The notes beneath the pieces are model-generated. The model had not been told where the DNA came from. It searched no databases and saw only the letters and a list, made by a program, of their open reading frames with translations. Positions 47,621-58,444 of a stretch of 64,000 bases of DNA are shown here, in pieces. A program made the position numbers and the translations under genes. The DNA lies in the NCBI GenBank assembly GCA_937980385.1, contig CALJPV010000005.1, positions 87,429 through 151,428 on the forward strand, in the 5' to 3' direction. How positions within the stretch are numbered: the stretch's first letter is position 1; each line of letters opens with the position of its first letter. This DNA comes from an uncultured Collinsella sp. GTDB taxonomy: Bacteria > Actinomycetota > Coriobacteriia > Coriobacteriales > Coriobacteriaceae.

Positions 47621-50617
47621 TTATCGCTCGACAAGCACGCGCTTGAGTCTGCCTTCGACCAAGCGCTCATACAGACGCCTTGTCTCGGGCTCGGGCACGC
47701 CTTGAACCTGCTCTCGCAGGTGGTGCATGTGGCCGCTGTATAACTCGACAACATCGCGGCGTCGTCCCGCCGCGCCGTAAACGCGCATGGCGCAGCGAAC
47801 CATGTCCTCGCGCGAAGTCTCTTGGCGAAGCCCCGATTCCACGAGCCAAATTGCCGATTGCAGGTCATTCTCCTCGAGAGCGGCATTCGCTCCCCTAATC
47901 ATGCAGTCGATGTACTTGGATTGCATAATGTGGCGCATGCGCGTAAAGAACGTGGGATTGCAACCGGTGGGAACATACAGCGGGCCCGTGTAAAGCTGCT
48001 CAACCTTAAGACATAGCTCAACCAGGTGAGGCCCTCTCGCACCCATGCGATTTCCCAAGATCTCGCGGCTCAGCTGTTCAAAGAGCCTAACATCGGTCTT
48101 AACGTAGTCGCCGTTGAGTCCAATGCACTCGTTTTGGATGAGCACGCACGACTTGCCATCCGGCGTTGGACCCAAAGCCGAGCGCAAGCGCGATACCGTC
48201 GAATACAGATTGTTGCGCGCGGCGCTAAACTCGGCATGGGGCCACAACTCCATGGCGATTGTCTCGCGGTCGACCATGGCATCCATACCCAGCGCAAGAC
48301 GTTCGGCAAGTGTTGCCGCCTTTTTGCGACGCCACATCTTATCCGTGATGGGAAAACCGTCGCGCTCGGCGCGAAACGCGCCAAACATGCGCATCTCAAT
48401 ATGACCGATGGTATCGACAGCCTCAACCTCGCCCGCCTGGAACAGGTGCTCGCTTTCGCCCTCAAAGTCATCGCGTAGTGAATACCGCGACAGCTCGCGC
48501 ACCGGAAGCTTCTTGCGAATCCTAACGGCAGGCTCGCCCAGGCAATGCATCGCAAGACGCGCAAAAAGCCGATACGATGGGTCTAAAATCCCCGAGCGAT
48601 TCATAGACATCCAGGCAGCAAGATCGCTATCGCGGCCCGCAGCGGCCAGGTGCAGCGCCACGATCCAAGCTTCTGAGCCACCGACCTGCGTCTTGCTAAT
48701 GTCGAGCAGCTCCGCCTCTTCGCGAACCGATACCAGCGACGTATTGCGCAGATACGCCACGCGCTCCAGCAGCAACGCGTTTTCGCGCATGTACGTAATC
48801 GATTCGTCGGCGAGCTTGAGCACCTGGACCGCGCGGAACTTCGCGTTGACCGGCCGCCCCTCCGCCAGCGATTGCCAGCCCTCCAGCAATAGCCCAAACA
48901 GCTGAATTTGATTGTCGCGAACACGCACCGCAAAGCGGTCGAGCTCGCCAAACGCCACATCGTCGGTCACGGGCAAGCCCGCGAGCAGGCGCCGCGCCGC
49001 CAGCACCATACGCAGCCAAATGGATGGCGCCTTAAGCCCGCGGATATCGAGCGCCTCGAGTATCTGCGCCATCTTGTCATCGCGCTCGTCGGGTTTAGCA
49101 AACGAGCCGTCGAACAGCTCCACCAGCATATGGTCGGCCTGTATGAGAATCCCCGCGATGTCGAGCTCGCAATCATAAGCTTTGCACGCCTTGAGCTTCG
49201 CGAGAACATTGCCGTCTTCCGCTCGCTCGGTTAGGTGGCGCTTGACCTCGATATGCGCGGACAGCATGTCGAGCACCTCGCAGGATGTCTGTTCTTGCAC
49301 AACAGGGTTGGCGGGAAGCCCCAGGTCATTGTCGCCATAAAAGGCGATGGTGAGCGCCTGGGCTATTTTCCAGGTAGCGGAATCGACCTCGTGCGCCGCC
49401 TGGTCACCCGCACGTTCGATAACGGACGCCATATACCTTGCTAGCTTTGTATTGCACACGCTGACAGCCGCCAGATACACGCCGAGTGCCTCGGCGGGTG
49501 CCGGCTCTTGCTCCTGCTTTTCCGCATTGATCATCGCCGACGCCGCACGGCAAATGTCCCCTCCGTGCCCGGTCAGGGCAAGATCGGCCCCATACTGCCC
49601 GGCAAGTTCCAATACCACATGGCGGTCCAAGAACGCGTCGGCCAGGTCCATAGCCAAATCGCATCGGCCCGCCTTGATCAAAATGCGAGCAGCCCGCGAT
49701 ACAAGTTCGGGACGGATCTCGGCAACAAGCTTTCGCAGCCTCAGGCGCGCGTTGTCCTTAGCGCCCAAACACCTAAAGGTGCGATCAGACGGATCCACGC
49801 CAAAAATCGGATAATCGCGCACAAAGATGGACTGGTCGACCATCGAAAGCCTCACGCCGCACGCCTCTAGCTCCGCAATGCGGCCCTCGCCCATCAGTAC
49901 CATCAAACAGGCAACGGTAAACAACAGGTTGTTCTCGAGCGATGCGAGATCGGCCAGCGCCGCACCGTACACGTTGACGATTTCGTTCTCGAGCAACCCG
50001 GCAACATCGCCCTGTCCATACATTCCCGTCTGCAGGGCCGATACCAGCTCGGGTACACCCTGTGTGAGCCGATAGAAATCAAGCGATGTGCTGATTGAGA
50101 ACGCCGTGACCCATGACGAATACTCATAGGCGTGCACCTTGAGCATCTGCGCATTGACTTTTACAGAATCGCCCAGCCCGTGGATAAGCAATCGGTTGGA
50201 GGGGCGGCAGGCAATAAAGACCCCCGTCCCCGTAGCACGTAAGCTGCGGATTCGATCGATGAGGTCCTCGGTTTCGTGCTGCTCGAGATTGGGCACGTTG
50301 TCGATCGCAACGAGCGAATGAGGTTTGTCCTTAAGCTCATCGGCGACAACCTCGAGCTGCATAAAGAGCTCGCGTCCAATCGCGCGGTCGGCCTCGATAA
50401 TCCGAACCGGCCCTCGCGTGGGGTCCGATTTAACCTCCTGCACGTATTGCAGCAACACCGACGTCTTACCAAACCCATCGGGCGCGTAGAGCAAAACAAT
50501 TCCCGCCTTGCGCCCTTTAACGATGAGCTCGTTCATCAAGCGATCGCGCCGCACCATATAGCCGCCGCCCGTCGGCATCAACTCGAGGTCGTCAGTATTG
50601 CCCAGATCGTTTACCAT
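47621..50617 (-). CDS. large transcriptional regulator: N-terminal MalT-like AAA ATPase (P-loop APDGFGKTS) with helical repeats, C-terminal OmpR-type winged-helix plus BTAD (SARP-like)
   Basis: 998 aa; Walker A LLYAPDGFGKTSVLLQY; C-terminal ...RMFGAFRAERDGFPI...ELWPHAEFSAARNNLYSTVSRLRSAL (wHTH) followed by TPR-like BTAD segment. Confidence 0.7.
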   Translation of the reverse strand: MVNDLGNTDDLELMPTGGGYMVRRDRLMNELIVKGRKAGIVLLYAPDGFGKTSVLLQYVQEVKSDPTRGPVRIIEADRAIGRELFMQLEVVADELKDKPHSLVAIDNVPNLEQHETEDLIDRIRSLRATGTGVFIACRPSNRLLIHGLGDSVKVNAQMLKVHAYEYSSWVTAFSISTSLDFYRLTQGVPELVSALQTGMYGQGDVAGLLENEIVNVYGAALADLASLENNLLFTVACLMVLMGEGRIAELEACGVRLSMVDQSIFVRDYPIFGVDPSDRTFRCLGAKDNARLRLRKLVAEIRPELVSRAARILIKAGRCDLAMDLADAFLDRHVVLELAGQYGADLALTGHGGDICRAASAMINAEKQEQEPAPAEALGVYLAAVSVCNTKLARYMASVIERAGDQAAHEVDSATWKIAQALTIAFYGDNDLGLPANPVVQEQTSCEVLDMLSAHIEVKRHLTERAEDGNVLAKLKACKAYDCELDIAGILIQADHMLVELFDGSFAKPDERDDKMAQILEALDIRGLKAPSIWLRMVLAARRLLAGLPVTDDVAFGELDRFAVRVRDNQIQLFGLLLEGWQSLAEGRPVNAKFRAVQVLKLADESITYMRENALLLERVAYLRNTSLVSVREEAELLDISKTQVGGSEAWIVALHLAAAGRDSDLAAWMSMNRSGILDPSYRLFARLAMHCLGEPAVRIRKKLPVRELSRYSLRDDFEGESEHLFQAGEVEAVDTIGHIEMRMFGAFRAERDGFPITDKMWRRKKAATLAERLALGMDAMVDRETIAMELWPHAEFSAARNNLYSTVSRLRSALGPTPDGKSCVLIQNECIGLNGDYVKTDVRLFEQLSREILGNRMGARGPHLVELCLKVEQLYTGPLYVPTGCNPTFFTRMRHIMQSKYIDCMIRGANAALEENDLQSAIWLVESGLRQETSREDMVRCAMRVYGAAGRRRDVVELYSGHMHHLREQVQGVPEPETRRLYERLVEGRLKRVLVER

Positions 50618-51009
50618 GCTTGCTCCTCAACTCGACCATATGGACACCGTAGCTGCAGGACCATATGAGCCGCCCCGTGAATAGCGCGACTTAGAGTTTT
50701 TAATTGTCTGCCGGTACGTGTTTGGCAAGTTTTTGTACAGCGAGGCCCGATGGTAACTTATCCCCCGACCAATAGGTCTTTGCGCATGTCAATGCGCTTG
50801 CCAGCATGTCCCATCCCATTTGCAGTGTAGCGCAGTCGGCTATTTTTATTTGAGTTGCGCAACTCGCCTACTCCTCGCTACCGCCTGCGACTCTATGGTG
50901 GCAAATGTGCATAGAATCTGCTATAGAATGAATCACAAAAATTTAAAACCCTCCAGTCAAGCACGCGGCAAGGTTTCCGTCATGTATACGCCACGGCGTA
51001 TGTCCACTC

Positions 51010-51040
51010 AAAAGGCCCCCGCAAAGCGAGGGCCTTTTGA
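51010..51040. terminator. terminator hairpin downstream of nagB
   Basis: AAAAGGCCC...GGGCCTTTT. Confidence 0.65.
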
Positions 51041-51067
51041 GAAACTATGTAAGATCGCTTGATCGCG

Positions 51068-51796
51068 TTACTCGCAGAGCGAAAGAGCGGCCTCGTCAGC
51101 AACGACAACGCAGTTGGTGTGCAGCTGCAGGATCGAAGCCGGGCATTTGGGCGTAACCGGACCATAGCACATATCGTGCACGGCCTGAGCCTTTGCCTCG
51201 CCGTTGGCGACAACCAGGATCATGCGGGCATACATGATGGTCTGGGTGCCCATGGTGTAAGCCTGACGGGGCACGTCATCGATGCTGTCGAACAGGCGGC
51301 TGTTGGCCTGAATGGTGCTCTCGGTGAGGTCGACGCAGTGCGTGCCCTTGGAGAAGTGGTCATCGGGCTCGTTAAAGCCGATGTGACCGTTGTTGCCAAT
51401 GCCGAGCAGCTGCAGATCCGGGTAACCGGCGGCAGCGACGATCTTGTCGTACTCGGAGCAGGCAGCGGCGGCATCGGGGTTGGAGCCATCGGGCACGTGC
51501 GTGTTGTTCAGATCGATATTGATGTGATCGAAGAAGTTCTCGCGCATAAAGTAGTGGTAGCTCTGGGGATCGTCGTGCGAAAGACCACGATACTCGTCCA
51601 GGTTATAGGTGCTGACCTCGGCAAAGTCAATGTCGCCCTTCTCGTACCAAGCAGCGAGCTGTTTGTAAGCGCCAATCGGGGTGGAGCCGGTGGCAAGACC
51701 CAACACGCAATCGGGCTTGAGGATAACCTGAGCCGAGATGATATTAGCGGCCTTGCGGCTCATATCCTCGTAGTCTTTAGCTTTAATGATTTTCAT
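51068..51796 (-). CDS. nagB: glucosamine-6-phosphate deaminase
   Basis: Start MKIIKAKDYEDMSRKAA (ORF-track extension rejected); LGLATGSTP motif; 242 aa. Confidence 0.85.
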   Translation of the reverse strand: MKIIKAKDYEDMSRKAANIISAQVILKPDCVLGLATGSTPIGAYKQLAAWYEKGDIDFAEVSTYNLDEYRGLSHDDPQSYHYFMRENFFDHINIDLNNTHVPDGSNPDAAAACSEYDKIVAAAGYPDLQLLGIGNNGHIGFNEPDDHFSKGTHCVDLTESTIQANSRLFDSIDDVPRQAYTMGTQTIMYARMILVVANGEAKAQAVHDMCYGPVTPKCPASILQLHTNCVVVADEAALSLCE

Positions 51797-51996
51797 TACG
51801 CGTCCTTTCTCGTACAAGAGAGGCAAGGCTCCCCTTACAAGCACTTGCCCGCGGCCCGCGTCGGCCGCAACCAACGTGTGCGGCCACCAGGGCGAGGTCG
51901 CGTAATATATGTGTCTCGTGTCTAACCGCGTCGAGGCCCCTGCCCGTCCACGGTGACCCAAAGCTGTTTAGCTTCGGACAATCCCCATCTTGCCAC

Positions 51997-52026
51997 GGAG
52001 GGCGCCCTCTTTCAAGGGCGCCCTCC
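51997..52026 (-). terminator. GC hairpin downstream of crr (no clear U-tract)
   Basis: GGAGGGCGCCCT...GGGCGCCCTCC. Confidence 0.4.
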
Positions 52027-52068
52027 GTAAACGTGATTGAATTGTAGGCTAAAGGCCAAGCGGAGCGA

Positions 52069-52566
52069 CTAGCGCTCGCGAGCAACGATGAGCTGGTCCA
52101 TCTCCTCGACATGCTCGCCAACGGAGCCCTTGATGCTCGAGAACTCAACAGAGTTGCACACCAAGATGGGAACCGTCACATCGTAACCCTCGGCAGCAAT
52201 TGCCTCGCGATCGAACTCGATGAGCACATCGCGCTTATGGACGACATCACCCACCTGTGCATGCACGCTAAAATGCTTGCCCTCAAGCTGGACAGTGTCC
52301 AAACCAACATGGATGAGCACGTCTAGACCATCGACCGTGTTGAGCGCAACGGCATGACCCGTGGGAAAAATCGCCTCGACCTTAGCGTCAGCCGGAGCAA
52401 TCACACGTGTACCCGTAGGCTGAATCGCCACGCCCTGACCCAAAAGGCCGGTAGCAAACGTCTGGTCTTTGACCTCGGATAACGGAATGACGTCGCCCGA
52501 GATGGGAGCATCCAGCGTAAGGACTCGACCACGCATACCAAAAGACCTCAGGACTTTAGTGAACAT
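52069..52566 (-). CDS. crr: PTS glucose-family EIIA component
   Basis: Start MFTKVLRSFG...; conserved EIIA-Glc His region (HVGLDTV...GDVVHKRDV); 165 aa. Confidence 0.8.
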   Translation of the reverse strand: MFTKVLRSFGMRGRVLTLDAPISGDVIPLSEVKDQTFATGLLGQGVAIQPTGTRVIAPADAKVEAIFPTGHAVALNTVDGLDVLIHVGLDTVQLEGKHFSVHAQVGDVVHKRDVLIEFDREAIAAEGYDVTVPILVCNSVEFSSIKGSVGEHVEEMDQLIVARER

Positions 52567-52637
52567 GCTCCCCCTCGGACATACCAATCAATCAAAATAA
52601 CTTTAACAGTCTACCACTTGGCACCCGTTTTTGACCA

Positions 52638-53975
52638 TTAGGGAAGTTCGCGCTTGACAACCTCGACGATGTCGTCAACCACACGCTGGGTCAGCTCGTG
52701 CGTCTCGGCCTCGGCCATCACGCGGACCAGCGGCTCGGTGCCACTCGGACGCACCAGAATGCGGCCGCGGCCGTTGAGCTCCTTCTCGGCGGCAGCGACG
52801 GCGTCCCAAATGGGCTGGCAATCGTCCAGGCCGGCCTTGTTGTCGGAATGCACGTTGACAAGCACCTGCGGGTACTTCTTCATGATGCCGGCAAGGTCGG
52901 TGAGGGTACGGCCGGTGCGCTTGAGCACGGCCAGAAGCTGCAGGGCCGTCACCAAGCCGTCACCGGTGGTGTTGTGCTCCAGGAAGATGATGTGGCCGGA
53001 CTGCTCGCCGCCGATGACGGCACCGTCCTCGAGCATACGCTCGAGGACATAGCGGTCGCCCACTGCGGTCTGGACCATCTCGAAGCCCTGCTCCTTCATG
53101 GCGATGGAGAAGCCTAGGTTGCACATAACGGTCGAGACGATCTCGGAGTTGGCGAGCTTGCCGCGAGCGGCCAAGTCGGAGCCGCAGATGGCCAGGATGT
53201 AGTCGCCATCGATTTCGTTGCCCTCGCTGTCCACGAACAGCACGCGATCGGCGTCGCCATCGTGAGCCAGACCGATGTCGGCGTGGGTGCGCAGCACGAG
53301 CTCACGCAGGGGCTCAAGATGAGTGGAGCCGCACTCGACGTTAATGTCGGTGCCGCAGTAGTCGGTGTTGATGGCATGGACCGTGGCGCCCAGGCGCTGC
53401 AGTGCGGCGGGCGTGGTCTGGCAAGAAGCGCCGTGGCCGCAGTCGACGGCAACAACCAGGCCGTCGAGCTTAAGGCCGTCGAGCGTGTTGATGGCATGAT
53501 CGACATATGCCTTGCGGGCGTCCTTCATCTTGATGATGTGACCCACACCGGCGCCGGTCGGCAGCGTGTCGGCAGCCATGGCCTCCTCGGACATGACCCA
53601 GGCGCTGATCTCTTCCTCGACAGCATCGGGAAGCTTCATGCCCTTGCGGCTAAAGAACTTGATGCCGTTGAACTCCGGCGGATTGTGCGAAGCAGAGATG
53701 ACGATGCCGCCGTCGAGCTCGTTTTGGACGGTGAGCAGCGCCACGGCCGGCGTAGGGATAACGCCGCAGCAGTGCGGTCGGCCGCCCTCGGCCATAATGC
53801 CGGCGGTCAGAGCACTCTCGAGCATGGTGCCCGAAAGACGCGTGTCACGGCCGATGCAAATGTCCGGACCAAGGAACTTGGTCGCCGCACGGCCAAGACG
53901 AAACGCGAGGTCGCACGAGAGGTCGGCGTTGGCGACGCCGCGGACGCCATCGGTACCGAAGATGTTCTGGGGCAT
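52638..53975 (-). CDS. glmM: phosphoglucosamine mutase
   Basis: Start MPQNIFGTDGVRGVAN with GAAGGAG RBS; active-site SASHNP; 445 aa. Confidence 0.9.
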   Translation of the reverse strand: MPQNIFGTDGVRGVANADLSCDLAFRLGRAATKFLGPDICIGRDTRLSGTMLESALTAGIMAEGGRPHCCGVIPTPAVALLTVQNELDGGIVISASHNPPEFNGIKFFSRKGMKLPDAVEEEISAWVMSEEAMAADTLPTGAGVGHIIKMKDARKAYVDHAINTLDGLKLDGLVVAVDCGHGASCQTTPAALQRLGATVHAINTDYCGTDINVECGSTHLEPLRELVLRTHADIGLAHDGDADRVLFVDSEGNEIDGDYILAICGSDLAARGKLANSEIVSTVMCNLGFSIAMKEQGFEMVQTAVGDRYVLERMLEDGAVIGGEQSGHIIFLEHNTTGDGLVTALQLLAVLKRTGRTLTDLAGIMKKYPQVLVNVHSDNKAGLDDCQPIWDAVAAAEKELNGRGRILVRPSGTEPLVRVMAEAETHELTQRVVDDIVEVVKRELP

Positions 53976-54019
53976 AGGATCGCTCCTTCCCAAGTGGGCA
54001 AAACGCAGTCGCCCACCCT

Positions 54020-54068
54020 AGTCGAAAAAGAAAAGCGGGACCCGCCGAGCAATCGGCAGGCCCCGCTT
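54020..54068 (-). terminator. rho-independent terminator of rplM-rpsI operon
   Basis: AAGCGGG...CCCGCTT hairpin with U-tract on minus strand. Confidence 0.6.
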
Positions 54069-54098
54069 GTACATTGTATCTCGTAAGGAGATAAAACC

Positions 54099-54494
<396 letters not shown>

Positions 54495-54496
54495 CT

Positions 54497-54940
54497 TTAA
54501 GCCTCCAGCTCAATCTTCGTGGGGTTCTGGGCAGCGTGCGGATGCTCGGCACCAGCGTAGACCTTAAGCTTGGTCATCTGGGCACGACCGAGGGTGGTCT
54601 TGGGCAGCATGCCGCGAACGGCGCGCTCGATGACCTTCTCCGGGTGCTTCTCCATAGCCTGGCGGAAGCTCTCAGCCTTGAGGCCGCCGTTGTAGCCGCT
54701 GTGGCGATAATAGGTCTTCGTGTCGGCCTTGTTACCGGTAAGCTGGACCTTATCGGCGTTGATGACGACAACGAAGTCGCCGCAGTCGCTGTTGGGCGTG
54801 AACTGGGGCTTGTTCTTACCGCGCAGGATCATTGCGATCTGGGTGGCAAGACGGCCCAGGACAGCACCATCGGCGTCGACGAGAACCCAGTTGCGCTGGA
54901 CCTCGCCCTGCTTGGCGTAGTGAGTCGATTTCGAAATCAC
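54497..54940 (-). CDS. rplM: 50S ribosomal protein L13
   Basis: 147 aa, typical L13 sequence. Confidence 0.95.
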   Translation of the reverse strand: MISKSTHYAKQGEVQRNWVLVDADGAVLGRLATQIAMILRGKNKPQFTPNSDCGDFVVVINADKVQLTGNKADTKTYYRHSGYNGGLKAESFRQAMEKHPEKVIERAVRGMLPKTTLGRAQMTKLKVYAGAEHPHAAQNPTKIELEA

Positions 54941-55097
54941 TTAGACTCCTCCATGTACAGTACGTGTTGTTACAGAGATTCACGGGGCTCTGCAAGTAAC
55001 CCGTCTATATTACCCCGCTCGTCGCCCGAGTCAACAGGTATTTTGGCTCTGACCAGACTTTCTGCACATGTCGTCCATGGGTCATGACGTCGCGACG

Positions 55098-55976
55098 CTA
55101 GCGCTCGACAAACGCCTCGATATCTCCCAGCAATCGCTTTGCCTCCTGGCGGCCCTGAATATACAGGTCGAGGAGCTTTGCCGGATCGTGCTCAACGTGG
55201 CCGACCTCGACCGGCTTTTGCGGAGCAACGACCAGCGCACGGCCCTCGCGCTCATACTTCCACAGATGCATGCGTTGGATGTTATAGCGGTCGTGGCGCG
55301 TCTCGATAGCCTCGAGCAGGTAGGGGTAGTCGGCATAGCGGGCGCGCGCGGCGGGCATAAACTCGTAGGGCTTTTTCTCGTATGAGCGGTCCTGCGTAAC
55401 GATAACGACCGCACGGTCGAAGCCCGCCTCCTCGAGCACATGCTCGATAGGGACCGAATCGGCTACGCCGCCGTCGACGTATTTGTGCCCGTCAATCTCG
55501 ACCGGCGGCGTCACCAGCGGCAGCGACGTCGAGGCGCGCACGGCATCGAGGTCAAGTACGGCGCTTTTGACCGGAAGGTACGTGGCGGTTCCAAAGAGCA
55601 TGTCCGTCGCGACGGCGTACATCTCGATGGGGCTCGCGTCGAACGTCTCGTTGTCAAAGGGATCCAGGCGGTCCTGGACATCGTTGAAGATAAAGTCGTA
55701 ACCCACAATAGAGCCCGTGGACGCAAACGATGCGGCGCCCATAAAGCGGCTGTCGTTGCAGAAAGCCAGGTTGATGCGGTTGGCACGGCCGATCTGGTGC
55801 GACTTGTAGTTCACGCCGTTGAGGGCGCCGGCCGATACACCGTAGACAGCCGGAATCTCGACGCCGGCCTCCATGAGAACGTCGAGCACGCCCGCGGTAA
55901 ACTGCCCGCGGAAGCTGCCGCCCTCCAAAACGAGCGCGACCTTGCCGGCGTTCTTTGCCCTATCTTCTGCAGTCAT
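55098..55976 (-). CDS. patatin-like phospholipase
   Basis: Start MTAEDRAKNAGKVALVLEGGSFRG with AGGAGG RBS (ORF-track start 56087 rejected); GGxR oxyanion and GVSAG serine lipase motif; 292 aa. Confidence 0.8.
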   Translation of the reverse strand: MTAEDRAKNAGKVALVLEGGSFRGQFTAGVLDVLMEAGVEIPAVYGVSAGALNGVNYKSHQIGRANRINLAFCNDSRFMGAASFASTGSIVGYDFIFNDVQDRLDPFDNETFDASPIEMYAVATDMLFGTATYLPVKSAVLDLDAVRASTSLPLVTPPVEIDGHKYVDGGVADSVPIEHVLEEAGFDRAVVIVTQDRSYEKKPYEFMPAARARYADYPYLLEAIETRHDRYNIQRMHLWKYEREGRALVVAPQKPVEVGHVEHDPAKLLDLYIQGRQEAKRLLGDIEAFVER

Positions 55977-56295
55977 ATTGACCTCCTGCTGTTTCGTTTG
56001 GGCTTCTTCTACCCAGTTTTGGGATAGAGAGCGCATTGGTTTTGGAGTTGCGGAGGACGGGGCGGTCGGCGGGAAAGCGCGTCCCACTCTGCGTTGCTGC
56101 GGCGCATGGCAGGCTGAGATTCGATATCATCGCATCTATATAGGTTTGAGGCTTTGCGCGGAGAATCCGCGTATTTGCTTCGCAAATCCGCACCGGCTTC
56201 GGCCGCCTGCCGGCGTCCTCGCCCGCTCGCTACAAACGCCTCGCGTTTGCTTAACGCTCGCGCCCTGCATAGAGTTCGATTCTCCGCGGTATCTG

Positions 56296-56337
56296 CAAGT
56301 AATAAAAAAGCAGGTAGGTGCGTTTACCTACCTGCTT
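56296..56337 (-). terminator. rho-independent terminator of tmRNA
   Basis: AAGCAGGTAGGT...ACCTACCTGCTT hairpin with U-tract on minus strand. Confidence 0.7.
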
Positions 56338-56345
56338 GTAACTAT

Positions 56346-56709
56346 TGGTGGAGGCGCGGAGAATCGAACTCCGGTCCACGAAAGCCCCCTGATTGGCATC
56401 TCCAAGCTCAGTCGCTGGTTTAGTCTCGGACGCTTTGCGCGCAGCGACACGCTCGCGGCGTCCTAACCGGTTCGGTCTTAGCCTGCGCCATACCGATTAC
56501 GTGCGCAGGAGCATTCCCCTAACATGACGTCGCGCCGGTGTCGGGGAAATCACCGGGTTGACGCGCCGCTATAAACTAAGCAGCGAGAGCCATAGGCTCA
56601 AAAGAAGAGTTGTTGTCAATTCAATTTGACGGTACCCCTGTTTAACGAGGCGAGGAGACCTCGGCTTGCTTCCTCTCTCAGAGCTATCGTGTCGAAACCA
56701 GTCGCCCCC
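56346..56709 (-). ncRNA. ssrA: tmRNA (SsrA)
   Basis: 5' GGGGGCGACTGGTTTCGACACG and 3' GGAGTTCGATTCTCCGCGCCTCCACCA tRNA-like halves with G3-U70 pair; internal tag ORF ...GAC AAC AAC TCT TCT TTT GAG CCT ATG GCT CTC GCT GCT TAG (DNNSSFEPMALAA*). Confidence 0.85.
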
Positions 56710-56946
56710 GAATGTCGGGAAAGTCTGGATGGCATTGGGCACGAGCGCCCAACACCCGTCGACTTTTCAAGGAGCATGCGGAGCGAGCCCCGCTTGTGGA
56801 GTGTTATCTTACCACGTTCTGAAAGCGGACAGCTGTTCTATGCACGAGCTGTGAAGACCCCAATGTGCGCCGCACTTCGCACTTTTGCTACCGATCGCGT
56901 CACGTATATTTTCGCCAAGCAAAATTGACCCGTCGAAAGGACCGTT

Positions 56947-57381
56947 ATGGATACCAAGCAGCAACTCGTCAATGCCCTCGCAGGCCTGGGCTCAACCATT
57001 ACCGAAGCTATGGATGTCATCGAAGGCTTTGTCCCCTGCGGACATCCCGCCCTCACGGTATCGAACGCACTCGTCGCGCTGGACGCTGACGATGATGCAG
57101 CTCTCGCCCAGCAGCTTGAGACCGTCGAGGGTTTTATCGACCACGTGAGTGAGAACCGCGGCGTGGCCGCCTACCACGGCGTCGACGTCGAGCTCGCAGG
57201 TCCCAAAGCTGATCTGCTCGCAGCAATCCGCGAGGTAGGCGCCCTTATGCAGACCGCAGGCGTCAAGAACACCCAGGCCAACGAGTGGGTCTACCGCAGT
57301 CTGGCAGCACTAAACGATTCCGACGAAAAGGCAGCCGAACAGCTCGAAGAAAGTCCCACCATTAAGGCCGAGCTTTTGTAA
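56947..57381 (+). CDS. hypothetical protein
   Basis: 144 aa, acidic, no recognisable motif. Confidence 0.5.
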   Translation: MDTKQQLVNALAGLGSTITEAMDVIEGFVPCGHPALTVSNALVALDADDDAALAQQLETVEGFIDHVSENRGVAAYHGVDVELAGPKADLLAAIREVGALMQTAGVKNTQANEWVYRSLAALNDSDEKAAEQLEESPTIKAELL

Positions 57382-57439
57382 ATAGCAGACGCGGGTCCCT
57401 TGGCGCATCGTCGTCCAAGAGGCCCGCAAGCAGTTCGCG

Positions 57440-57955
57440 TTAACCGATAGCCGCGCCGCCGCGTTCGGCCAAAGCAAGAATCGGCATCATTTGGCGCGGG
57501 GTCTTCGCTGCAAGATCGGCATGTTCGAGCAGCTTGCGATCGTTGGTCACCAAGTAATCGACCTGCGCGCGCTTGCATGCGGCAAGCACCAAGTTGTCCT
57601 CGTAATCGCGATGGAGCGTCAGATATTTGTCGGCCAGCCAAAGGTCCGACGCATCCGCACCCACGGCTGTGACGTTTTCGGTCATATTCCGAACAAACGC
57701 CAGCGCCGCATCGCCAATTGCGCGGGCAGAAGCCTCGTCGAGCGCTCCCCCGCTGGCAAGAACGCTACGCTTCAGCTCGTGTTGGACAACGTACAGTACG
57801 TCCTTAGCGATATGCACCGGAAAGAACAGCAACGCCCCCGTCTCCGTCGCCTGCCCAATAAACGCACGCGCGGCAAGTGACTCGGCATGGTCGACGCAAA
57901 ACGAATCAACCCATACGTTGGCGTCCACCATTATTTTGAGGGGAGCCCCGCTCAC
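57440..57955 (-). CDS. PIN-domain ribonuclease (VapC-like toxin)
   Basis: GTG start overlapping upstream stop (GTGA) with AAAAGGGGATGA SD; IMVDANVWVD N-terminal acidic residue, LVTND conserved motif; 172 aa. Confidence 0.7.
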   Translation of the reverse strand: MSGAPLKIMVDANVWVDSFCVDHAESLAARAFIGQATETGALLFFPVHIAKDVLYVVQHELKRSVLASGGALDEASARAIGDAALAFVRNMTENVTAVGADASDLWLADKYLTLHRDYEDNLVLAACKRAQVDYLVTNDRKLLEHADLAAKTPRQMMPILALAERGGAAIG

Positions 57956-58305
57956 AGGATCATCCCCTTTTGGCGATAGCGCTCGTCCATGGCTTCGGAA
58001 TAGATTGCGTCCCAATCACGATCGTCGGACACGGACGACGTAGCGATGCCCAGGTCCGCGTAAAGCTGATCCGCCGCCGCCCATGATGCGGCGAACGGAG
58101 TATCGTGCGCGACGGTCTGCTGCCGGTCGTCGACGGCCGCAAGCACTTCCTCGCACTGCCCGCCACCCTGTGCGACCTTGGCCACCACCTTTTTGATGAG
58201 CTCGGGCAGCGACCCGCCCGAAAGCCGCAGCGCCTCCTCGGCGCGCTCTTTAACCGAGCGATCTACGCGAACATTTACCTGCGCCATGCCGCCAACGGTA
58301 GCCAT
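57952..58305 (-). CDS. RHH-type antitoxin (VapB-like)
   Basis: Start MATVGGMAQVNVRVDRSVKERAEEAL with GAAGGTGAGGT SD; 117 aa; 4-nt overlap with PIN gene. Confidence 0.6.
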   Translation of the reverse strand: MATVGGMAQVNVRVDRSVKERAEEALRLSGGSLPELIKKVVAKVAQGGGQCEEVLAAVDDRQQTVAHDTPFAASWAAADQLYADLGIATSSVSDDRDWDAIYSEAMDERYRQKGMIL

Positions 58306-58444
58306 CTCAACCTCACCTTCAGCATTTGCTAGCAGTGCTAGCACAAGCATATATCCGAGCTAACATCTCGTCAAACAAAAGAAGGCCTGCACCCTGTCGG
58401 CTGCGGTGCCACCCGAATGCAGGCCATATACTCAATCGAAAACG

